From: Hemiscyllium ocellatum
Taxonomy: Eukaryota
Direction of reading: 5' to 3'
DNA length: 64,000 bases
Assembly: GCF_020745735.1 (NCBI RefSeq)
Contig: NC_083410.1
Span: 23,224,117-23,288,116 of the forward strand
Under the pieces are notes generated by a model, which saw only the letters and a program-made list of their open reading frames with translations, was not told the origin of the DNA and searched no databases. Below, one piece after another: positions 1 to 10,851 of the stretch (positions within the stretch are counted from its first letter, which is position 1; the number at the start of each line of letters is the position of its first letter). A program made the translations under genes and the position numbers.

Positions 1-649
1 AAGAAGAGAGTTTCAAACCCCCACTACTCTTTGCATGTGGAAGTGCTTTCTAACATCTCTCCTGAATGGTCTGGCTCTAATTCCTGCCCCCCTGATTAGA
101 TCACCCCTTAATCTTCTAAATTCTGGACCATAAAGGCCTAATTTGTTTAATCTGACTTTACAACTTAACCCCTTAAGTCCAGGTATCATTCTTATAAACC
201 TGCATGGAACTCGCTCCGGGTTAAAACATCCTTCCTAAGGTAAGGTGCCCAGATTTGTTCACAGTACTCCAAATGGGATCCGATTAGGGTTTTGTATAAC
301 TACAGCATAACGTCTACATCCTTCTCCTCCAGCCTTTTAGGTATGAATCAGCCTTTTTGACTACTTTGTGCACCAGTTCCTGGTACTTTGTAGAGCTATG
401 CTACTGAACCCCCAAATCTTGTTGGGCATCAACTGTATTTAACTTTATACCTTCTGAACAATACCTGACCTACCCTTTCTTTTTTGGTCCAAAATGGATA
501 ACCTCACACTTACTTCCATTAAAATCCATTTGCCACAGCTCTGTGCATTCACCTCATCTATCAGTTGTCATTACATGATGTCATTAACATTGTCCATGAT
601 GCTGCCCAATCTTGTGCTGTCAGCAAATTTGACTATTTGACGCAAAAAT

Positions 650-770
650 GGAGTCTTCATCAGAGTCACTGTACTCAAAGTTATTCTGTTTTCTTCCCAT
701 AGATGTTACTGGATCTGCTACAATTTCTGTTTTTGTTTCAGATCTCCTGCATCCACAGTTCTTTGTTTTA
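650..770 (+). mobile_element. Degenerate short Penelope-pLTR-like element (family of the 15432 element)
   Basis: caatttctgtttttgtttcagatctcctgcatccacagttctttg is the reverse complement of the terminus at 15442-15490. Confidence 0.55.
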
Positions 771-1378
771 TTTTGAATATTTGGCACTTAATGCCATTAT
801 TCAAGTCATTAATGAATAATTGAAACCCCAACACAGATCTCTGCAGGACACCACTAGTCATATCCTGCCAATTTGAGTACTTAGCTATTGTTCCAACTCT
901 CTTGTCACTCAACCAATTTACTATCCATGTCAGTAATCCAGACCTTAACCAACTGTCTTCTGTGGGACTTCATCAAAAGCCATCATGAAGTCAACATAAA
1001 CAACATCTATCAACTTACCTCTGTCCATCACCTTTGTCATTTCTTGAAAAACTTCGAGGTTTGTCAGGCATAACCTACCATTCATTAATCCATGCTGTCT
1101 ATAAATAACTGAAAAGTTTTGAGTTGATTCTAGACTCCAATAATTTCCCCACCATATTTGTCAGGCTAACAGGCCTGTAATTTCCTTGTTTCCCTCTGCT
1201 TTCCTTTAAGAGTGGAGTGATATGAGCAACTTTTAAATCCAGAGGTATAACTCCATGGTCAAGGAAACTCTGCCAATGTCCCAACTATAATCTTTCAATG
1301 TGTTCTCCTATCTTCTTTAAAATCATGAATGGAAACCACCAGGTCCTCGGAATTTGTCACTCTAAAGTTCCAATGAAA

Positions 1379-1684
1379 ATTAGATTACTTAGTGTGGAAA
1401 CAGGCCCTTTGGCCCAACAAGTCCACACCGACCCGCCGAAGCGCAACCCACCCACACCCCTCCATTTACCCCTTAGCTAACACTATGGGCAATTTAGCAT
1501 GGCCAATTCACCTGACCTGCACATCTTTGGACTGTGGGAGGAAACCGGAGCACCCGGAGGAAACCCACGCAGACACGGGGAGAACGTGCAAACTCCACAC
1601 AGTCTGTCGCCTGAGTCGGGAATTGAACCCGGGTCTCAGGCGCTGTGAGGCAGCAGTGCTAACCACTGTGCCACCGTGCCGCCC
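1379..1684 (-). mobile_element. tRNA-derived V-SINE (HE1-like), full length
   Basis: Minus strand begins GGGCGGCACGGTGGCACAGTGGTTAGC (A box) and contains GGTTCAATTCC (B box), the V-domain GGGTTTCCTCCGGGTGCTCCGGTTTCCTCCCAC and a CR1-like tail. Near-identical to 33373-33685. Confidence 0.9.
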
Positions 1685-2790
1685 AATTATTGATGATTTC
1701 CCCATTATTGATGATTTACTTCAGGGTAATTTTATTTAGACTGTTACTGAGCCTCTGTTAATTTCTTTGGATTTTCCTGCAAGCTATTTTCCTTTTCCGC
1801 TCTGAACACCGAAACAATAAAATCATTCAGCATGTCTGCCATTTTCCCCATGATCATCGACAGTATCCCTACTCACAGCCTACAATGGCCCACTTGTACT
1901 CTTAACCAGCTGTTTTCCATTTATATAACTATGACATTTCTTTTTATTGTCTTTTATGTCTCTTGCAAGTTACCTTTTGTAATCCTTTATAGCCACTCTT
2001 ATGAACTGCATTGTGGCCCTTTATTGCTCTTTGCATTTGTCCCATTCTGTATTGTCCTTGGTGTTTTTATAAGCCCTTCCTTTTTAATTTTATGCTGTCC
2101 CATAATCTCCTTAGATGTCCTTGACTGTTTTGTTTTGTGAGGTGGAGCTTTTCCTTCTCATGGGTACAAACTGCTTCTGAAATATTGTCATGTTTCTTTG
2201 AATACTCATCGCTGTTCCTTGGTTATTTTACCTATTAGTAGAGCTTCCCAGTTTACTGTGGGCAGTCTTTGCCTCATCCTATTAAAGCCTGCCTTAATTA
2301 AATCCAAAATTCTCATTTCTAATTTTTGATTGTGTTTTACAATCACTTCATGAACCTGGATCATGTAATGATCATTATTTGACAAATGTTCATGAACAAT
2401 TAGGTCACTAATTAATTGAGACTCATTGCTCATTACTAGATCCAATGTTGCTTGTCACCCTGTCACATCCAAGACATATCGCTGTAGTAACTATCCCGGA
2501 CACACTCTAGAAATTCATAACCTTTCTGGCAAGTGTTTGTCTCCTCCAGTCTATGTTAAGATTAAAATTCCTAATTAGTACTTCTCTGCCTTTGCCCCAT
2601 ACTTGCTTAATTCAGTATTTAAACAGTCTCACACTTCTGAGCTGCTATCAGGTGGTCTGTGATTTTAGTTTCTTTATGGTTCGTCAGTTCAGCACATAAG
2701 GTCTCCACTGGGTGCTTAGCCCTCAATATATCCTCTTCATCATAGAAGTGATTCTTTTTCGAATCAGTAATGCTACTCCAACCCTTAAAC

Positions 2791-3131
2791 CTCCCGTAAA
2801 TCTGTTAACTTGGTACATTTAATTCCTGACTCTGTAATGGCTACTATCATAGTTTGCAGTTTGAATCTGATTTAACATAAACCTCTCATCATTAAATGAG
2901 TAGTGAACTAATAATTGTTCAGTCTTTTACAAAACAAAGTGATAACCCTCTGTTAAAGCAGCAGCATCTCTCTCACTCTCCCGTAAACCTTATAACATGG
3001 TATATTTAATACCTGTCTCTGTAATGGCTACTATCATAGTTTCCAGTTTGAATCTGAGTTAACATAAACCTCTCATTATTAAATGAGTGTTGGACTAATA
3101 ATTGTTCAGTCTTTTACAAAATAAAAAGTGA
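2791..3131. repeat. Local direct duplication, two ~152 bp copies (2791-2942, 2978-3131), period 187 bp
   Basis: Both copies read ctcccgtaaa...ctctgtaatggctactatcatagttt...ctaataattgttcagtcttttacaaaa. Confidence 0.9.
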
Positions 3132-3316
3132 CAAAATGCAGCATATGCCTGCTCAACAGCACCCGTGTGCATCTAATACATAATGAAAAATAACTAAATA
3201 AGAAATTGATGTTTGACTTTATAAATCATTTCAAATTATAAAAATTACAGCTGAATTGTGTTACATGATGGGACATTGGGCAACAATAATGAAAACAGTT
3301 TTCATACTGTTTGTTA

Positions 3317-3512
3317 CAGTAGAACCTCGATTATCCAAACATCCGAATTTTGGATTATCCAAACAAGATCTCAAGGTCTCATAAAAATTCAGGATTCAGT
3401 TATCAGTTAAACGGCATTATGGCATGCATTTCCTGATAATCGGCACTCAAATTACCACTATCAGATCAGTTATCCGAACAAAATATTCGTTCGGATAATC
3501 GAAGTTGTACTG
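3317..3512. mobile_element. Tc1/mariner (pogo/Tigger-type) MITE
   Basis: TA-cagtagaacctcgattatcc ... ggataatcgaagttgtactg-TA: ~20 bp TIRs and TA target duplication. Related to 40081-40233. Confidence 0.8.
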
Positions 3513-3905
3513 TACTTAATTTATTGTTTTTGGAGAAGGTGTGTAAATGAATTAGGCTTAATATTAAAATTTTAAAGACATTAAAATTTTAAGACCTTCC
3601 TGCAAAATATCAACAGCTCCATATCGAATTCTAAATTACATTTTAAGATCAAGGAAAATACCTTTTTGAAGTATCCTTGTAGAGCGACAGGATGATAAAT
3701 ATCAAATGTCCTTTCAGTATATGAGTTAAAGACCTATCAACATAAGGTCCTGATACTGGGGTTGAGATTTAATCTTGTTGCAACTCTGTATTAAATTTTA
3801 ACTTAAGTCCATTGTTTAATTTGTACCATGTCTAAACCCAAAGTACTAGTAAAGATGTAAATCCTGAAAAGAAACAGCTGTATTGTAAATGTAAATATCT
3901 TCCAG

Positions 3906-4071
3906 GTTTGCTATTAATCTCTGTGTGAGTGATTCCACCGACATCCCATTGCACCTGGCACCTCGGTTCAAAGAAAAAGCTTTCGTTCGAAACTCTTTTC
4001 TCTATCAAAGCTGGGGTGAAGAGGAGAGGAAGATAGACTGTTTTCCATTTAACCCAGAGGCATACTTTGAG
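3906..4071 (+). CDS. LGALS8: Galectin-8, penultimate coding exon (C-terminal CRD)
   Basis: ccag|G...GAG|gtactt, 166 nt. Translates FAINLCVSDSTDIPLHLAPRFKEKAFVRNSFLYQSWGEEERKIDCFPFNPEAYFE, with the galectin signature H-x-x-P-R, VRN, WGEEER, FPF. Not in the ORF track. Confidence 0.93.
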
Positions 4072-4284
4072 GTACTTTGTAGAGTCCAGAAATAAATTGG
4101 AGACATTTCTGAAGATCTTCGTATCAGCAGTACTCAACCTTATTATTTTTCTGTTAGTTGTTTCAAATAATATGTATAAATTGGTTTTATAACTAAGGTG
4201 TAAATAACAACTCTTTATATAGAAGCTTGGGTTGGGGGGCGGGGTGGGCGGGGGTGGTGGTGGCAGCATGGAGAGGAAAGGGAT

Positions 4285-4585
4285 GGTGATCGTCCAGTGG
4301 CATTGTCACTAAACTATTAGATCAAGGACCAAGATGAAGCTCAATCCCTACTGAGAGATGGTAGAATTGAAGAATCTGATGACTGTGCAACCATGTTGAT
4401 TGTCAGAAAAATCCAACTGGTTCACTGATATCCTTTAAAGGAGGAAACTGCTATCCTTACCTGGCCTGGCTTAGCTTATGTATGACTCCAGACCCACTCC
4501 AATCTGGCTGACTCTTAACTAGCCTTTGGGTAATTAGGATAGACAGTAAATGCTGCCCAGTCCATATGAAAGAATAAATTAAATT
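4285..4585 (+). mobile_element. SINE-like element, second family (tail shared with the LINE at 61070-63130)
   Basis: Homologous to the minus copy at 40300-40632 (ggaaactgctatccttacctggcctggc...tgactccagaccc...ggctgactcttaact). A-rich end. Confidence 0.65.
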
Positions 4586-5004
4586 TTAAGATCCTTGTCT
4601 TTTTAGACAACAGTATTCACATAATTTAAATTCAACCTAGATCCATGGTGAGTGACATTTGCCATGCCATTTTATGTGGTGGCCAAATTATCTTTGGATT
4701 TTCTCATAAATGCACTCATTTATGGGAAAACACATGGAATGAAATACCGAAGATCATTATGGTTAGTGTGCTAGAAGTGATGTAATGTCCTATTATTTCA
4801 AAGTGGTGGTGGTGACATTAATGTACTTGGGAAAATTAAATGATGCTCAGAGGGTTTGTGTCTCAACTTTATAAAAGATATTCAGTAGATTTTTGTAAAC
4901 CTGAAGACAAAGTTGCTTTGCTTTATAGTGGTGCAGAAAAGGAGTTGAACGGGTTTGCTGTTTGGTTAATGTATTTGTGTACTCTTTTTGTGATTGTGTT
5001 CCAG

Positions 5005-5154
5005 ATTATCATTTATTGTAGTTCTGACTGTTTCAAGATTGCTGTGAATGGAGAGCATTTAATGGAATATAAACACCGGTTTACTGATTTGAGCAAAATT
5101 GACATGTTGGAAGTAGATGGAAATATCCAGCTGTTTGAAGTACAGACTTGGTAG
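5005..5154 (+). CDS. LGALS8: Galectin-8, last coding exon
   Basis: ttccag|ATT, phase 0 with the previous exon. IIIYCSSDCFKIAVNGEHLMEYKHRFTDLSKIDMLEVDGNIQLFEVQTW* matches the galectin-8 C-terminus (EYKHRF...terminal W). Confidence 0.95.
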   Translation: MIIYCSSDCFKIAVNGEHLMEYKHRFTDLSKIDMLEVDGNIQLFEVQTW

Positions 5155-6439
5155 GTGGAGAGAAGCTGCTGACCAAAATTAACACTCATGCCGGGATAAT
5201 AATTGGGTGCGTAACCTATCGAATTCTGTTTCTAATTATAGAGAATACGTGATCAAATCAAGAAGAAAATAATTTCTTGGGGATTGTTGCATGATGTTTG
5301 AAGATCTGGATTTTGTTTTGGAATTGCTTTGTTGAATTCATTTAAATCTCAGTGCTCAAGTAAAAGAATTTTGAGGGTAGCATCAATTCTATAGAACCAC
5401 CTCCAACCTCTCCCACGTCATGACTTAAATCATTTTGAATGCTAAATGGTTTCGAGTGCATAAATAATTTTGCTTTGGAGTTCAAATGGTGTTTAAATAT
5501 ATATTTTTTAAAGGCTGCAATGTGTTAAAATAGTTTGCTAATGTCCTAAATCCTATCCTGCAAAACAAAGTCAGACTGTTAATTAAACTGAGCACTTCTT
5601 TTTCTAACTTTGCATATCCTTTGATGCTGAGTAATGTTGGCTTTAGTTTTCATTGTTGAAAATCCTGAACACACTTTGACAAAGCCTATAAGTCAGATAG
5701 AATACTCAGACTAACGTGCAAACATGAATAATCAATTAAAACTATGGTATTCCACAAATGTGCTAGATGGAAGTATTATTCATAAAAAGCAATTACGTTT
5801 TGGTTTTCTCAGGCTGTTTTAACAACCTGTTTTCACAAATTATTGTAGGATTCTGAGCAGTGTTACAAAATCATTTGGTTCATTTGGCTAGCCTGCACAA
5901 CCTGGACACAAAAGGCAATATGATGTTCAACATATTTTGGGTTGCAAAGTTTAATTTGCATTTTTGATCTTGAGGGGCAGAAAATGCACCCCATTATTTG
6001 AATTAGGAGTTAGATTGATGATCTTTACCCAGCAGCAAGAATGTTGTCATCTGGTTGCTGTTATTGTTGCACATGGATTTCTATGATATATTCTGTTTCT
6101 TTCTGGGCTAATGAACAATACACTTGGTAGCTAAATGAGAAACTTCTCACTGCCAACAAAATTGACATTCTATTCCAGTGCCAGGTGTATTGCATTGTCT
6201 CTGTCGCTTGTGTTTACATATGATAAACATATACATGTTAATTTTCCCTGAAGTTTATTTTTTTGGGGGCAGTGGGTCAATGCAGACATTTGAAAAAGTC
6301 CATTTATGCATTGGCTATTTAATTACTGTAAATTAACATATTTGCTTTTGTACTCTACTAATGTACATAATTTATATGAAGACAAAACTCTGCAAGTCTT
6401 GCGCACAATATTTACTTAAAATCTGTACTGTATTAAAAA

Positions 6440-6445
6440 AATAAA
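6440..6445 (+). terminator. Candidate LGALS8 polyadenylation signal
   Basis: AATAAA ~1.3 kb after the stop, preceded by TGTA motifs and followed by a T/GT-rich tract. Repeat-like sequence resumes soon after. Confidence 0.55.
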
Positions 6446-7424
6446 GTTCATATTTTCAACACACTGAAGTATATTTTGTAGTTTAGTTATAATGCCACTT
6501 TTTTTCTTTAGATTCTAGATTAAGCAGTTGAAATAGATTCAGGTTGGAGCTTCTGATGTGAACACTATCTGCATTAAAAGACCATTTTCATAGAATACTG
6601 AACGGAGGCTATTTGGCCAGTTTGGGCTCCTATAATCTTTCCCATTATACTTACTGTCCTTTCTCTTTTTCTATAGACATACAGCTATTTATCTAATTTC
6701 ATTCTTAAAATTACTGAATCTGCTTTCATCCCAGGTCTTTGTAGAAAATGTTCGTTTACATCTCAGTCATCTTTATGGAATTCTATTTGGTTCTTTCGGG
6801 AAGGAAATTGGCATTCTTAATGATTTGACGTACACAAAGTCTAGAATAACAGTAATGTGGTTGATTCACAGGGAGTTAGGGATGGACAACAAACCAGTAA
6901 AACCCATATCCCATGGAAAAAACTTGATTGTGAGCCCCCACTTACATTCTTTATGTTGAACAATAAAGATAGTACTATTCTTGAGAGCACATTGACATAA
7001 ATACAAGACAGATTACCTTGTACAGCTATAAATAAAACACAGTAATCATAGTATTATTAAACAATAAACACTATTTTAAAGTTCTGAAGACAGTTCTTGT
7101 CTTCTCATCAGCCAGTCTGTCATGAACTCAGACTCCGTGTGGCATCAAACCACATGATAAAAGAATAACAGCAGCAGCAATTTCTCTTTAGTGTAAACAT
7201 CAGTTACCTCCCTTTTGAATCTTCATGATCCTCAGCTATCACCCAGCCAGCAGACTCCAAGCACAGATCGCATGAACCCTTTTTCACTCTACATTTGAAG
7301 AGTTCCAAACTATAACCTTTTGACAATTTTCATCACCATTTAAAGCAATGCATTCCAGAGTATCAATTGCTGCATTATATATTAAAAAAGTCCCATTTTG
7401 CTTCTTGTTCACTTTAATTACCTT

Positions 7425-7768
7425 GGTGACATGATAGCTCAATGCTTTGCACTACCATCCGTCTGTGCCAGAGACCCAGGTTCAACTCCAGCCTTGGGTG
7501 ACTGTGCCGAGTTTGCACATTCTCAATGTCTGCGTCAGTTTCTGGCAGGCGCTCCAGTTTCCTCCCACCGTCCAAAGATGTGTAAGTTAAGTGGATTGGC
7601 CAAATTATCCGTAGTGTTCAGGGATATGCAGGCTAGGTGGATTAGCAATGGTAAATGCAGGTTTACGGGGATAGGGTAAGGATTTGAGTGCGGGTGGGAT
7701 GCTCTTTGGAGGGTCAGTGCAGACTCAATAGGCCAAATGGCCTTCTTCTGCACTGTAGGGATTCTATG
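7425..7768 (+). mobile_element. Older V-SINE (HE1-like)
   Basis: Degenerate A/B boxes (ccaggttcaactcc), V-domain gctccagtttcctcccac, tail ctgtagggattctatg. Confidence 0.8.
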
Positions 7769-8390
7769 TCTTCTGGTTATTTACTCTTACCCACTGGAAA
7801 CATTTATTTCCTTATTTTCTTTACTGAAACCATTTGTGATTTTGAACAGTTATTCATTTTTTCTGATTTCAGCTCTAGCTCCCTCATGTGATTAAAATGT
7901 TTATGACCATAAGATGCAGGAGCAGTATAGCTGATCTGATTGTCAGATTGATGATTATCATGTTTAACTTTGAGATGTTATTCAAAACAGTGACCCTTGG
8001 CCTTTTAATTAGCAACTAATTTAAATACTTCAAGGTGCAACAACAATGTGACATGGTTCAAAAATTTCAAATATAGTGGCAACTAAACTCTTTTGGGAAG
8101 AGACTGTCTGTCTGACTTTCCCTATCCTCTAAGGTGTGTGTTACAACTTCACTACTAAATGGCTAGTTTTAATTTGGAACAACATATTTAAACCAATTGA
8201 TTTTTTTTTATAAAGAAAATGACAATCTGGTGTGTTAGACCGCAAATTGCTAGATTTATTGAATATAATTTCACTAAATGCCCATACAGTGAACTTGCAA
8301 CAGTTTCTGATCCTAAGTCTAATTAGGTTGTCGCTCCCATTTGAATGATAAAGGTGGTTAAAATAAAAATCAACACGGTTTTTCAACCTG

Positions 8391-8396
8391 TTTATT
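8391..8396 (-). terminator. Candidate HEATR1 polyadenylation signal
   Basis: tttatt on + (AATAAA on -), ~270 nt downstream of the HEATR1 stop. Confidence 0.5.
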
Positions 8397-8667
8397 AAAA
8401 TTTGTTGGGTGATAACAATGATTGTTGAAAGTTAACAGCAATATGGAGGCTGCTGGAAATTCTTCAACCAACCTGAGCCAAGTCTGGTGAATTATCACAA
8501 ATGTTGATATTTCACATACAATATAAAATTCTGTATCTTTAGCATTACTACTTCAATAGAAGTGATTTAAATAGCTATGCAGATTACAGAAATGTAGTAC
8601 TGTATGAACCCCTATTGTACAAATAAAATATTTATATTTATAAAACCTTTGTACATCTTAAATGTTT

Positions 8668-8756
8668 TCAGAAATAGCTTTGCAGTGGTTCCCCAAGTAT
8701 GACTTCAAGCTGCTGGATAACCTTCTGACAATGGTGCTCCACTTCCTCACATTCAT
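8668..8756 (-). CDS. HEATR1: HEAT repeat-containing protein 1 (UTP10/BAP28), last exon
   Basis: gcag|AT; (D)ECEEVEHHCQKVIQQLEVILGEPLQSYF* is the canonical HEATR1 C-terminus. Confidence 0.96.
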
Positions 8757-9049
8757 CTGCAACACAAAGAACGCAATCCAGAATGAAGAAGTCCTACTGT
8801 TATAACGTTAAATCAAAGTTTGGAGGAGAAACATAGGTCACTAAAGGGCTGCATCCACTTGATATTCCAAAATCTTAAATATCTAAGCACTTGACTTTAC
8901 TTGGAAGTTCAATATCACATGATTTGATCCTCAGGTCCAAGCTATTGAAGATCTAAAGTAATAATTTTGGATGCCTGGATAGAAGGTACTATCGCCAATT
9001 TTGCAGGTAACATTAAAATAAAAGTATGGAATTTTCATGGCTGATCTGA

Positions 9050-9850
9050 CATGTCCAGTGTTTTCCCGAGAAGACTTGATTCCCCCGATGAAGAATCTAT
9101 CTCAGCCTTAAATATACACAATGACTCTGGCTCCACAGCTCTCTGTGACAAGGAGTCCCAAAAGACATTCAACCCTCAGAAATAAAAATTTTCTCCTCAT
9201 GTCTGTCTTAGCTTGGGGCCTCTTTATTCCAAGACCTAGCGTCTCCCACGAGGGGAAACATCCTCTCCGCATTTACTCTGTCAAGCCTCTTAAGAGTTAT
9301 TTTGTTTCAATGAGATCATCTCTTATTCTTAACTCCAGTCAGTAGAGTCCTAACCTGTTTAGCCTTTGCTCATAAGATAATCCCTCCTAAACCACGGATC
9401 ACCCTAGTCAACCTTTTCTGATCTGCTGCCAATGAAATATTTTTCTTTAAGTAAGGGAACCAAAATTGCTCACTGTGTTCCAGATGTAGTCTCACCAACA
9501 CTTTGTACAGTTGCAGTAAGAATTCCCTACTCTTATACTTCAACCCACTTGAAGTAATGGCCAACATTCCATCAGCCTTCCTGATTACTTGTGCACCTCG
9601 GTGCTAGCTTTGTGTTTAGTGCACAAGCACCTCCAGGTCTCCTTGTGTGGCAACTTTCTGTAGTTTTTCTCTAAATAGTATTCTATTCTTTTGTTCACCC
9701 TTCCAAAATGAGCAACTTCACACTTTCCCATATTATGTTCCATTTGCCAATTTTTTGCTCCCTTACTGAACCTATCTCTCTGTAAACCATTTGTAACACT
9801 CTCTCTCAGCTTGTTTTTCCACCTATTTTTGTGTCATCTGCAAACTACAG
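9050..9850 (-). mobile_element. CR1-type LINE 3' fragment
   Basis: ORF 9370-9567 KYKSREFLLQLYKVLVRLHLEHSEQFWFPYL; FADDTK-like sequence at ~9830. Confidence 0.8.
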
Positions 9851-10609
9851 TACGTTTGCCTCCTGTAGTTTCTGTAGATGCAACTGCACCAGAGGCAGTT
9901 CGGAGGAGGTTTACTTGATGTATTCTAGAGAAGAGGGGTTTCTGTTATGAAGCAAGATTGAGCGAGTTAGGCCTACATGTTGAAACTGAATTACATTTTA
10001 CCTTCAGTGACCAACTGAGGTTTTCAGAGGTCTCTCCAAGACATGTAATAGCTGTTCAAAGCCCAGTGACGTGGTAATTTATTTTGATGAAACTCCTCAA
10101 CACAAACATACATCTGGTATTCCAAAACACACACATGCTCATATTTTGCACCAGCATGTATTATCTGGAGATTTGATTTTACCCACTGAGATGAGTGAAC
10201 AAACAAAACAAGGATGTTAAATTCTTAGGTGATTGCACAAAAGAAGTTACAACTGACAGTTCACTTTATCGTCTGCCAGTTTTCCTCTTCTGCAAACGTC
10301 AACAGATAGTATGAAATAGATTGTTGATTCACCAATATTCAGTTTTGTGCTGTTGCCGAAGATTAGTTACACTCACCTCTTCTCTTGAAAGGAGAATACT
10401 AAATGGAGCACAACTAATTGTCCCACCATTTTGGCAAAATGTGTAGGAGCTGTCAACATTTGTTTCTACTTGGACAAAGATACAACCTGCCTGTCCTTTC
10501 CAGTACAGTATACGTACAACTGTTAGAAACATCAATAATTCTTACACAAAAGCTTTAAACACACTTTTAATATGTAGTAAAAAGATTTTAGTCTAATCGA
10601 ATAACATAC

Positions 10610-10718
10610 CTTCCAGTAGCTCTGCCAAGAACGGGATTGTTTCCGGCAGTAGCAACATGTAGTTCTCCTTCAGTTTACCAGCCAATTCCAGCAACATAAT
10701 CAGAGCAGAAAATCTCAC
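10610..10718 (-). CDS. HEATR1: HEATR1 exon
   Basis: ctgcag|GTG...GAAG|gtatgt, 109 nt; VRFSALIMLLELAGKLKENYMLLLPETIPFLAELLE. Confidence 0.96.
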
Positions 10719-10851
10719 CTGCAGATTACATCAATATATTTTAGCTCATCATGTTGGAAAAAAATACATCCACTATAATTCAAACTAATCAATCCAATAT
10801 TAACAACCTAGCCCTTTCTTATATGGGGGATTTTTGGGGTTGGAGGATGTC

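Larger units (their letters stand above)
1..2790 (-). mobile_element. Old CR1-type LINE remnant (ORF2 endonuclease/RT fragments), interrupted by insertions at ~650-770 and 1379-1684
   Basis: Minus-strand ORF pieces match CR1 ORF2 motifs: GNYRPVSLTNMVGKLLESRI (1099-1284), VLGFQLFINDL (718-912), EHLSNNDHYMI (2206-2445). Many stops and frameshifts. Confidence 0.8.

Noticed and set aside
1392-1739. Recurrent ORFs such as DCGRKPEHPEETHADTGRTCKLHT (also at 29526, 50755, 60858)
   Set aside because: Translations of V-SINE copies, not a protein family.
3832-4269. 145 aa minus-strand ORF with a proline-rich start
   Set aside because: Antisense shadow of the LGALS8 exon plus the G-rich tract; no independent coding evidence.
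4840-5004. N-terminal part of the 104 aa ORF
   Set aside because: Intron read-through; galectin similarity starts at the acceptor at 5005.
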